DNA of 63,881 nucleotides, filler included, from Octopus bimaculoides (lineage: Eukaryota): the NCBI RefSeq assembly GCF_001194135.2. It is 6 parts of 6 records of this genome, joined end to end, with 100 filler letters (N's around TTAATTAATTAA, not from the genome) between each part and the next. Parts side by side here need not be neighbours in the genome. Positions count along the whole stretch, not along the records: positions 1 to 25,139 come from NC_068981.1; positions 25,240 to 40,965 come from NC_068987.1; 4 more parts are not named here. One strand, 5' to 3'. The position numbers were made by a program, and so were the translations under genes. Under the pieces are notes generated by a model. The model was not told where the DNA came from, made no database searches, and saw only the letters and a program-made list of their open reading frames with translations. Positions 24,446 to 35,635 of this stretch are shown piece after piece. The number at the start of each line of letters is the position of its first letter. Position 1 is the stretch's first letter.

Positions 24446-25105
24446 GTAACGACCATTTATTGTAGTATTGGTTCTGGTACTATACTGGTAGTGGTGATGG
24501 TGTTGTTGTTGTTGTGTGTGTGTTGTGTTGTGGTTGAATGTGCTTCGAGAATTTTTAGTGTTTGTGGTAGGGATATATTGGTGTTTGTGGTATGAGCAGG
24601 TGCGAGAAAGTTCCTGGCTTTGGGTAAAAGAAAATACAGGAGGATCAGTTAATTATGATTTTATTCAACACATTCCCCCTCTCAGATTCACACACATATT
24701 GCATAATCTTGAAATTAGCTAATTCGCAATTAATGTGGGGTCCTTTTAAATATCTTCTCATTAGTCTGCTTTTCATCACATGTATTTATGGAGTATTCTA
24801 AGTAGATTCGTAATGTTTAGACATTTATTCAGTATGGAGAAGATAAGTCTTGCTTCGATTATCATCTTCCTTAATATAATTATATATATCATCATAATCA
24901 TCACCACCATTTAACGTCCGCTTTCCATGCTGGCATGAGTTGGATGGTTTGACTGAGGACTGATGAGCCAGAGGGTGCACCAGGCTCCAATCTGATCTGG
25001 CAAAGTTTCTACAGCTGGATGCCCTTCCTAATGCCAACCACTCCAAGTGTAGTGGGTGCTATTACATGCCACTGGCAAGAGGGCCAGTCAGGAGGGTCTG
25101 GCAAT

Positions 25106-25139
<34 letters not shown>

Positions 25140-25239
25140 NNNNNNNNNNNNNNNNNNNNNNNNNNNNNNNNNNNNNNNNNNNNTTAATTAATTAANNNNN
25201 NNNNNNNNNNNNNNNNNNNNNNNNNNNNNNNNNNNNNNN
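25140..25239. other. Artificial 100-bp scaffold join (44N-TTAATTAATTAA-44N); same structure at 40966-41065, 49232-49331, 54237-54336 and 59806-59905
   Basis: Identical length and central six-frame-stop 12-mer in all five. Confidence 0.9.
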
Positions 25240-25447
25240 TTCGAGCGTGGCCGTTTTCGTGCGGGTGACACGTAAAAGCACCCACTACACTCTCTGAGTG
25301 GTTGGCGTTAGGAAGGGCATCCAGCTGTAGAAACTCTGCCAAATCAGACTGGAGCCTGGTGTTGCCATCCGGTTTCACCAGTCCTCAGTCAAATCGTCCA
25401 ACCCATGCTAGCATGGAAAGCGGACGTTAAACGATGATGATGATGAT
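25240..25447 (+). mobile_element. Young RTE 3' UTR copy with (GAT)n tail
   Basis: Near-identical to 49332-49606; abuts a linker gap. Confidence 0.9.
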
Positions 25448-25449
25448 AG

Positions 25450-27145
25450 TGGCACTCACAAAAAAGTGGTATATATATATCTCAGTATGGTACCTTTAAA
25501 AACATGTGATGCAGATGGCATTGTAGATGCCTTAAAAACTGAATTAGTGAAAAAGAAATTAGACATAAAAAATTTACTGGCTACAGGAATTGACAATGCT
25601 ACAGAGTAATGATAGAAGTCAATAATGGTGTGTATGTCATTCTTTAGAGTTGGCAGTATTCCACACTTGTGCTGAATGTTAACCCATAAATTTAAAATTT
25701 TTAGTATCTGAAGCCTATAAATGGTCCTCTCATTCTTCAGCAAGACAAAGTGCCTACAAACAACTTTAGCTTGCTATCAATGATTAAGAGCTTTTGAAGA
25801 TTGTGAATTCTTGTAGAACTAGGTGGCTGTCAATAGAACCAGAGGTAAATAGAATTTTAAGCCAATGGTTTGAATTGCAAACTCACTTCCAAACTACAAC
25901 TACAAAAGAAAAATGCTTTACAGTACAAACATTACATGAAATGTTTTGTGATTCTAGGAATGAACTTTACCTTTTATTTTTGCATCCAATTTTAAAACAT
26001 GTTCAGGAAGTGAATAAACTGTTTGAATCAAACACTGTCGACAAAACAAAATTACTTGAAGATCTTCCAAATTTGATCAAATCTGTTGCTAATATGATAG
26101 TATTGCCAACATGTAGAATTGATCCTCTTGATCCGGATGCTTCTATTGAAAAATTTCTGCATCCTAAACCAAATTCAGGCTACAGGTTCGAGAGANNNNN
26201 NNNNNNNNNNNNNNNNNNNNNNNNNNNNNNNNNNNNNNNNNNNNNNNNNNNNNNNNNNNNNNNNNNNNNNNNNNNNNNNNNNNNNNNNNNNNNNNNNNNN
26301 NNNNNNNNNNNNNNNNNNNNNNNNNNNNNNNNNNNNNNNNNNNNNNNNNNNNNNNNNNNNNNNNNNNNNNNNNNNNNNNNNNNNNNNNNNNNNNNNNNNN
26401 NNNNNNNNNNNNNNNNNNNNNNNNNNNNNNNNNNNNNNNNNNNNNNNNNNNNNNNNNNNNNNNNNNNNNNNNNNNNNNNNNNNNNNNNNNNNNNNNNNNN
26501 NNNNNNNNNNNNNNNNNNNNNNNNNNNNNNNNNNNNNNNNNNNNNNNNNNNNNNNNNNNNNNNNNNNNNNNNNNNNNNNNNNNNNNNNNNNNNNNNNNNN
26601 NNCATTTAGCTAAATGGACAAATACGTCTAATACTGAGGCATTCTGGCTGGAAGTATTGGAATATAAAGATACTACTGGAGGAAGGATGTTGCAAATTTT
26701 ATCAATAATCTATTGACATTGCCAAGCTCAAATGCAGAAGCTGAATGGTTGTTCAGTAGTATGGGTGTAATCAAATCAAAATGCATCTTCCTATGCTTTG
26801 ATCAATACTGTCTATAAAATATGGCCTGGAAAGATATGGCAAATGTTGCAAAAACTTTGATATTCCAAAACACATAATTAGCAAGATTGGGACCTTGAAT
26901 GTATACAGAAGTCAAGACCTAGGCACTGCAGCTGAAAGTGATCAAATCAGTGAATTTCAAGAAATTATTTCTTAATGCTGAATATAATTAAAGAAAGTGA
27001 ATTAAAATGTAAATAAAAATTACACTTTTTGATATAATTAGTCTTTAGCTTTTTTGGTCATATTTGGCATTTTTTAGCATTTTTTTTTTTGTATTTTTTC
27101 TACTGAAATTTAGCATAAAATTCTGATTTTAAGTTGGCAACACTG
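25450..27145 (+). mobile_element. Degenerate hAT-superfamily transposon (3' part)
   Basis: CDADGIVDALKTEL...NLLATGIDNA (catalytic D region), CRTRWLSIEPEVNRILSQWFELQTHF...LYLLFLHPILKHVQEVNKLFES, and post-gap LLTLP-SNAEAEWLFSSMGVIK (hAT dimerisation domain); ends ...ttggcaacactg (reverse complement CAGTGTTGCCAA). Confidence 0.75.
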
Positions 27146-27467
27146 GAAGCAGCTCAAAAATGTAAACATTATCAATATTACATACTTAATATGTGACCTG
27201 TTAGATGCTTGTAGCTGTGTATTTCATTTAAGGGAGGCTCTTTTAAAGATGTATAGGAAAAGAACACAGCATACTTCAAGAATAGGCAAAAAGAAATCAC
27301 TCCAGAAGTAAATGAGAATGACTATGTCAATATTTCACAGTATTTTCTCCTCATTAGTGCCATGCACTCACCTCAGCATAAAATCTACATGAAAAGGTTT
27401 GAAACATTTTAGTTGCAATCAGATGTCATCTCCTTAATTGCAAAAGATACTGTGTACTGTTTACATG

Positions 27468-28700
27468 CGAGGTGGTATCAAAATGTTCCCGGACTAATTC
27501 TGTAGTGCACCAACAGATGACAGCACACTGTTGCATACACAGTGAGAGCTAGCAGTGACATTCATGAGGCAGTATGCTGAGTGACATTGCTATGTTTACT
27601 TCACAAGTTGTGAAATTTCTGTTTTTGTGATCATGTGTATGCTATAGTCTGCAATTTTGTCATGGAACAGCAAACCAACATGAAATTTTGTGTTAAACTT
27701 AGAAAGTCTGCTACAGAGACATTGTGCATGCTTCAGCAAGCTTACAGCAACAAGGCAATGGGTTGTATGCAATGTTTCGAGTGTTATGGGCACTTCAAAT
27801 GTAGAAAACCATGAGTGATCTGGAAGACCAGCCACAAGTATAACCCCCAAAATTATGGAGAAAATTCATCAGCTTGTGCATGAGAATCTTCAGAGGACAA
27901 TCAACAACATTGTTGATGTTGTTGGTCTATCATGAGTCCGTGCAGGCAATCCTTATGTCAGGATTGAACATGTGATATGTCTCTGCCAAGTTTGTTCCCC
28001 ACCTGCTAACTACTGAGCAGAAAGAACATCACATTGAAGTCTGTGAAGATCTCCATCAGAATGCCACTAATGACCCATCCTTCATGTCAAGGATCGTCAC
28101 CAGTGATGAGAGTTGGGTCTATGGGTATAACCCTGAGACAAAGCAGCAGTCGTTACAATGGAAGAACCCTTCATCTCCATGACCAAAGAAGCCATGACAG
28201 AGATGCAGCTCAATCAAGAGCATACTTGTTATTTTTTTCGACATCCAAGGTATTGTACATTGAGAATCCATCCCCCGGGACCAGACTGTCAATTGAGAGA
28301 TCTACTGCAATGTTTTGAAACATTTGAGGAAGGACATTCAGCGAAAGCAACTGAATCTGTGGAGCATGAAGAATTGGATTCTTCACAACAATAATGCACC
28401 CTGTCAAGGAGCTCTCCTTTCTCACCAAAAACAACATGGTATTGCTTCCACACCCAACCTATTCATCAGATTTAGTACCTACAGACTTCTATCTCTTCTC
28501 CAAGATGAAAATGCTGCTCAAAGGTCACCATTTTAATACCAGCCAGAGTGGTTCACAGAAAGTCCTTGACTCACAGAAAACTACTTCCAGACCAGATTCC
28601 AAAAGTAGCAGGAACAGTGGGATTGGTGTATTGCTGGGCAAGGTGACAAGTTATTTTTTATTAAACATAACTAGTCCAGGAACTTTTTGATACCACCTTG
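27468..28700 (+). mobile_element. Near full-length degenerate mariner transposon
   Basis: TIRs cgaggtggtatcaaaatgttcccggacta / tagtccaggaactttttgataccaccttg-TA; transposase remnants MEQQTNMKFCVKL (27662), IVTSDESWVYGYNPETKQQS, WILHNNNAP, LPHPTYSSDLVPTDFYLFSKMK; multiple frameshifts. Confidence 0.9.
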
Positions 28701-30777
28701 TACACTGCATATTCTAGACAGCATCATAGTAAAAAGTGAGAGACTTTTTGACAGGCAAATCAGCACCCAGCAACAATAAACAACCACTACTCAATGTTGA
28801 GCTTTGTTCTCTTCTTCTAATCTTGTTAGCTCTATTCCAACTCAATTTAAACCCCCCTCACTTCCATGTGGAAGGAAGATGGGCCTTCTGAAGTCTTTTG
28901 AAAATTCAAAAAAAAAAAGCAGTGTAGAAAAGCTATAGGACGAATAAAACTTCATTATTTTCCATTTTCTCATATAAGCAAAATGTAGAGAAAAGTATTT
29001 ATTTCTACATTCAGAAAGATTACTTGACAATGTTTTAAATAAATGATCAGTGTTATATCTATGTACATATTTAACACACACACACACACATATAGATAGA
29101 TAGATATATAATATTATATTTGCATGTACTAGCATTGTGAGAAAACAAAGTGAAACTTCCATGATGTAATGTGGATTGAGAGGAATAGAAACATCAAACC
29201 TAAATTTTGTTGTACATTTGTCAAGTGAGTAATTGCATTGCCTAAAATATGGTGTTACTAAGAACAAACATTTTACTTGTTTGTGTCATGTTTCTAGTGA
29301 GGAAATATCATACAAAAATCCTGTGAAGAGGTTTGCCAATTTTCAACTTTTAGAAATTTAAAAGCAAGCCAAGGGATGGACTTTGTGGTTTTTGTTGCTT
29401 CCTAGCAATAAAGCTAGCTAACTTGAAGGGTCCCATTTGTTATTGTATTCTACTTTAGTTTGAAGTGCTATAAACTAAGGATTGTCAATTTTTCAAATAG
29501 AGCATTCTTTACTAAAGAGTATTCCGGATGTTGATATAAATGATCATTTAACTTTGTTCTGAGTGTATTCTTATGAAAATAAAACAACTTGAAGTGTTTA
29601 TTTATATCTCTTTATATTCTTTACAGTTCTAATATTTCCATTAACCTCTCTGAGGGTGATAAAAAAGAGTAGAGATCATGTAGTAAAATCAATTCAAAAG
29701 ATTATATCTCTCTCCTACAGTTTGTGGCAATGTCAAAATGATTATTAAATGCTCTTCAATACAAAAATTTCAACATGTTCTTAACTGTTTGGAGTATTTG
29801 TAGGTTAGAATTTATTATATTCTCACAGTATTGAATGTTTACTAATTTTTAGAATGCAAAGACTTTTACAACTATTCAAGGTGGTGTTGTGTTATAGTGT
29901 GTATGTGGGTGACTCACTTCAAATGATTAAAAGAGTTTGAGAGAAAATTGTGGAATAATTGAAACCTTCTTATTCACAATAACAGACCAAGTGGAGATAA
30001 AGGCATGGTATAAAAGGGAACTGAAACAGGGCAAGAGATTGGTTCTTATTCTTGGTATCATTCACTATATAACTAATTATCATTGTAATTTATCAGCTCT
30101 TATTTTATAAAGGCAAATATTTTAGCCTTAAATTTCATGTAAATCTCAATTTATTTAGATAGTTAGAACATTCATAGGTTGAATAAATAGTTACTTGAGT
30201 CGTGCTTCATTATTTCTAATGTCCATGATCAAAACATTTCACACCTCTAGCTGGTGGCACTGTCCAGTAAATAAATTACTAGTTATATTGTCAGTCTTCT
30301 GGATACATTCAAACTTTCTTACAAAGTGATCCTTTTGATAGACAGCAGCATTATTGTGCTCTCTACAATACTTTTGCCTGATAAGATGATACCACAGTTT
30401 GGTTAATATATACTGGCATATATTAATGATATAGAATTCCCTTCCTGACCAAGTTTTTCTTGCAGCCATCAACTTTCAGCAATCCAAGTTGGATATTAAA
30501 TAAGTTAATCTGTCCAATCTCAGAGGTCCCACAAAATCCATTATTAGTGTTTTCTCCTCAAGAGTACACCATTATAAGGTAATTCAGACATAAATGACAT
30601 TTTACTTTGCCAAGTATCATCTGCTTCATTTTCTTCTTTCTTTCTGCAGTTTTCTACTGCACAGTGTAGTCTTTCAGTTGTAATTCAAAATGTGTATCTA
30701 GAAGCCATGATTCATGTTTTAATGATAGTTTTATCTTCTAATGTAATGAATACATATCAATATATAACCAGCAGTAA

Positions 30778-30990
30778 GACGGTGAGCTGGCAGAATTGTT
30801 AAGACACTGGGCAAAATGCTTAACAGCATTTTGTCTGTCCTTCTATTCTGAGTTCAAATTCTGCTGAAATCAACTTTGCCTTTCATCCTCCCAGGGTCGA
30901 TAAAATAAGTACCTGTTGAGCCCTGGAGTAAATGTAACCAACTAAATCCCTCCCTCAAAATTGCTTGTTTTGAGTCAAAATTTGAAACCA
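30778..30990 (+). mobile_element. tRNA-derived SINE (ttctgagttcaaattc family)
   Basis: ggtgagctggcagaattgttaag...ttctgagttcaaattctgctg...ctttgcctttcatcc...gataaaataagtacc. Confidence 0.75.
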
Positions 30991-31262
30991 ATATATAACC
31001 AGCAGATATGCAGCTTGTTTGCCTCCTCTACTCTTATTTAAACAAGACACTGTAGCTGTAATAAAAGCTGCACAAATTATTTTCATGGTTGTTTTATTTT
31101 GATTTTATTTCAGATGGTGGCTAAGTAATAACAATGTGACATTTGAAATTGACCAACTTTTGAAAACATATCAGCACTAAAATAGGTGCTGATTATTTCA
31201 ATGTACAAGTACACCCTATATTAATGTGCTTATATTTTAGTGGAGTAACCTCTTCCCTTCTA

Positions 31263-31303
<41 letters not shown>

Positions 31304-31800
31304 CCCATCCATCTGATAGACAAGTCTTCACTACCCAACAAAATGCAGTCACCCGCTACCACAATAGTCTTTGTTATTTCACAGAACTTGAAAGTGTGTA
31401 ATATCACAACTAAAAGCTATACTTCTCCAACTTTTTCCTTTTTTTCATCCTTTTCAATGTTTCACCCTACCCCAATTTTAGTACTAAACATTTTTGTTCA
31501 ATCCTTTTACCCAGATCATCTAAAACTCATTATTTATTTACTTCTAAATCTTCTCTAGATATCAACTAGCCAATTTTTATCTAGTATATCTAATTTGTAT
31601 AGCACAGAAGTATGAGTAAAAATTGTCAACCTTTTTCTAGTGGAGGAATTTAAAAAGGGTTTATTAATTTCTTTGGAGGCAGAAGTTATAATTACACTCT
31701 GTTTATCAGTGCATGGCACTTGGTCTAAATATCTATTCAAATTCTTCACATATTACTCATTCAAAGATATCTATGTAATGAACTGTAAATATATATATAT

Positions 31801-32412
31801 CAGGCGATAACAGAGGAATTCAAGACAGGATGCCCCTGGGAGCTCCTCTATGCTGATGACCTTACACTAATTGCTGAGTCACTATCAGAACTAGAGGAGA
31901 AGTTTCAGGTGTGGAAGCAAGGACTAGAATCGAAGGGCCTTAGAGTCAACCTACCTAAAACCAAATTCCTAATAAGTAGGAAGGTAGACAAAACACAAAC
32001 CCCTTCAGGTAGATGGCCCTGCTCGATCTGTAAAAAAGATGTAGGTAAAAACTCTAAGATGTACCCAGTGCAAGCTATGGACACATAAGAGGTGCAGCAA
32101 TATCAAAGGAAGGTTAACTAGGAAGTTAGTTTTTGTATGTGGCAGATGTTCAGGAGCAATAAACACTGAAAATGTGCAGAAAACAACTTCTGCCACATTC
32201 CAGGGAGAAAAACTAGATGTAGTTGATAGCTTCCGCTATCTGGGTGACCAAGTTAGTAGTGGGGGAGGGTGCGCTGAAAGTGTAGCTGCCAGAAAAAGAA
32301 TAACCTGGGCAAAGTTGTTCTTACCTCTGCTGGTGACAAAGGGCCTCTCACTCAGAGTAAAAGGCAGACTGTATGATGCATGTGTACGAATAGCTATGCT
32401 ACATGGCAGTGA
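31801..32412 (+). mobile_element. Internal RT fragment of an RTE LINE with an embedded PHD-like finger
   Basis: QAITEEFKTGCPWELLYADDLTLIAES...GLRVNLPKTK...WPCSICKKDVGKNS/RCTQCKLWTHKRC...FVCGRC...FRYLGDQVSSGGG...LYDACVRIAMLHGS; frameshifted. Confidence 0.85.
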
Positions 32413-35400
32413 TTTTAGCAATAGGTGAAGTGTCTTGACTGTATGTGTACTGTTGTTTAATTCAAATATTGACATGATCTTGTTGCCAAAATGAATTTGT
32501 ATTCATGAAGACAGTATCCAAAAATTTTCCTTTTCTCATTCAGGAAAGTGCCTGGATCATTTTTCAGACTTTGAATCTCCTACTTTCATTATGATATGAC
32601 CTAGATCATTCCAGTAACTTCCAGCAGATGTTTTACACTATTGTGTTTTCTCTTAATCACCATATCATAGCTGGATAAAGTTGTGACATTACTCCTTTTC
32701 TAGATCCTGAAAGAGGATCTGTGATTGTTCAGTCTAGACTTTGCCAACATATTTCTGCATGTGCATAATTCTGTTGGTATTGGTTGACACTACTTCTGCT
32801 TTGTAGACCAAAGCTTATGGATTGCATAGATTGTTCACTGGACCCTTACCGGAAGCCCTACATGAGCATCCTGCCTCTTTCTAGGGTTGAGAGGTATTAA
32901 CTATTTTTTTAAATGTTAGTTATGCATCTGAATTAGATGACTGAGCTATATCTTTTGAACATTTTCCAACATCTATGGTTATGCATAAAATGTTTATACA
33001 CAAATCTAAGGAATCCTTACCCATGCAGGTTTTCACATAACATGAGAATACTGGAGTAAACCAGATGACTTTGTAGTAGCATTTCCTCTTATGGTTGCTT
33101 GGGCTGAGCATGTGAGTAATTCAGTCTTTAAACCCACTAACTGCCAAAGTCTCATCATCATTGGTTTTTATTGTATTAAAGGTTAGATGCATGTGCACGT
33201 GTGTGTGCATGTGTGCGCACACATGTGTTCTTGTCTTTACATCATATGATAGTTGTAAACTAGCATCGCAAGTAGGATCTTCATTTCCAAACTTTTGTGG
33301 AGACGACATTTCTGGCCATGAAGAAATATTACTTTGCTTGAAAACAGGTGAGGGTTGGTGACAGGAAGGACATCCATTTGATCCATACATGTATGTGGAA
33401 GTGGACATAAAACATTGTGTGCGTGTATATTTGTGTATGTATACATACATGTATACACATATCCATACACACTACATTAGTGCTCTGAGGTCAAATGCTG
33501 CTGAGACCATGTTTGCTTTTATCTTTCCAGTGTTGACAAATAAAGTACCAGCCCAGTATTGTTGCTGATTCTACTCATTCTCTCTGCTATGAAGAATGTA
33601 ATGGGCTCCACTAGGTTTAAATGCACAAGACATGTTATATGTTATAGATGTGGCCCAACAACTGCATCTTAAATTGAAAATCCAAACCAAGGTATAGATA
33701 CATATAAACAAATGCATAAGTAAATGTAAATGGACTTCAGTTAGTTTTAATGATTAGTGTTCAGTTGTTAGGTCAACTGACCTGTTGCTTAAGTATTGTG
33801 TGAGTATTCCACAAACATGTGTAATCTGCAACAGAATCAACATGACACAGTTTATGACAAGGAAGGAAAGCAAGAGTCAGAAAGGGAGGGGAGAAAAGGA
33901 GGAGGACCACCACCACCACCACCACCATCATCATCATCCTTTAATGTCCATTTTCCATGCTGGCATAAGTTGGACTATATGTAGATTCAATGTGACAGGC
34001 TTCTGTTCATCCAATTTCTCTCAGAAGACTTGGGGCAATTGAGGTGAATGTTGACCCAAGATGCAACACAATGTAATTGAGTCTGGAAAACTGTGATTGC
34101 AAAGCAAATTTCTTAGGTATTGAACCATTCTGCATTAACTAAATTTTTTTTTAACATACTTATGCATACATATAGATATGTGATATTTGGTAAATTTATT
34201 GTCAGTAAATTTACTGTTCTGTCTGTGTATGTAAAAGATTACAACGGTCATATTTTTCAACCGATTTTCTCCAAACTGGGAACATACATTACTTATGTTC
34301 CAGGGATCGTTTTACACTCTTAAAATTTTTCACATAATGAGTAACGGGGCTCCCTGGGGGAAGAAAACATCCATTCCTGGGTTACGTGGAGAAGGGAGGT
34401 AACTCTTTGCAATTTAACTTTCAGAAATTGATTGTCTGCCTAACATCCATCGGTCATAAAAAAATTTTAAATATTGCTTTTTACATTAGAGTCACGCCTG
34501 CTGGGTTCGGCTACTCTACATTGATAAGAGGCAACTATCCCAAAACTAGTCTGTAGATGCCAGACCTCCCCGGTTCAAAAGTTATAATGTACACAGGTTC
34601 ATGTGTCACATAGCTAGCTAGAAGGCGATGGCCTCTTGGAGCTAATCAACATACATACATACATACATATATATATATACATATATACAAACGTATATGT
34701 ACATGTTAGCCGACATACCCGGTAATTACTAGGAAAGCGGCGATTATTCCTTGGTTCTGTCCTCATAATTGTTTTGCTAATCCAATAACAACAATACAAA
34801 GTATGTAGCCCTTAAAACGGTGTTTGTGCATTTACAGAGAATACCGAACTGTCTTACACAGGATCTTGGTTTTAGGAATTCCCGATAAGTTATGAATACC
34901 CAAATTGTGAAATCAGTTATGAAATAACATGAAATTAGTTACCCGATAGTAAGAATTCAAATAAAGTAGTCCCGAAAAGGAGTTTAATGAGTTCCCAGAG
35001 TATATAGAACATAGGAGGAAATACTAACAAGGTGTATATACAAAAATTGTGAAGCATGTTACGTAATAACAGGCTAATCAGATATGAGATAAAAACAATT
35101 CAAAGTAAATAACTCTGAAAATGGCTTTTGAGCATTCTCAGAGAATATCACCCTCAGCAGTGTTGGTATATTCGTGAATAAGTCACTAACCGAAATAAGT
35201 GGATCTATTGTTTAGGACGATATTTACTTGTTTAAGGGTTGTGTACTGGATAAATTGCAAAAATAACTCTAACAGTTCAAATACTAAGAAATAAGCATAC
35301 TCAAGTTGATTTATACCAAATGATTTAGGAAAATGATTGGGTGATTTCCCTTGATGTTAAAATCAAGGCGAATGGGTTATTTACCTTGGCTGTTAAAATG

Positions 35401-35635
35401 AAATATATTAGATATATATAAGGATCCCTTCCATGGGCCCTATTATTGTTTTTTTTTCAACAATCTTAGTATGCCATGAGGTTTCCAGACATGAGTTCCA
35501 CTCATGTGTCAAGTTTCATCAAAATCGATAAAACGATGTAGGAGGAGTTAGCTAACAACTCCACAAAGACACCCACAGACAGAATTTTCCACATATGTGG
35601 TAGATATACAAACCTATATATATATATATATATAT

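Noticed and set aside
25184-25195. Palindromic TTAATTAATTAA recurring five times
   Set aside because: Always centred in exactly 100-bp N gaps; an assembly six-frame-stop linker, not biology.
30239-30700. Coding-like minus-strand stretch
   Set aside because: Stops in all frames and no recognisable domain; probably an old, unclassified repeat or pseudogene.
32560-33110. Possible ancient minus-strand PHD-RTE remnant
   Set aside because: Only faint motif echoes; too decayed to call by eye.
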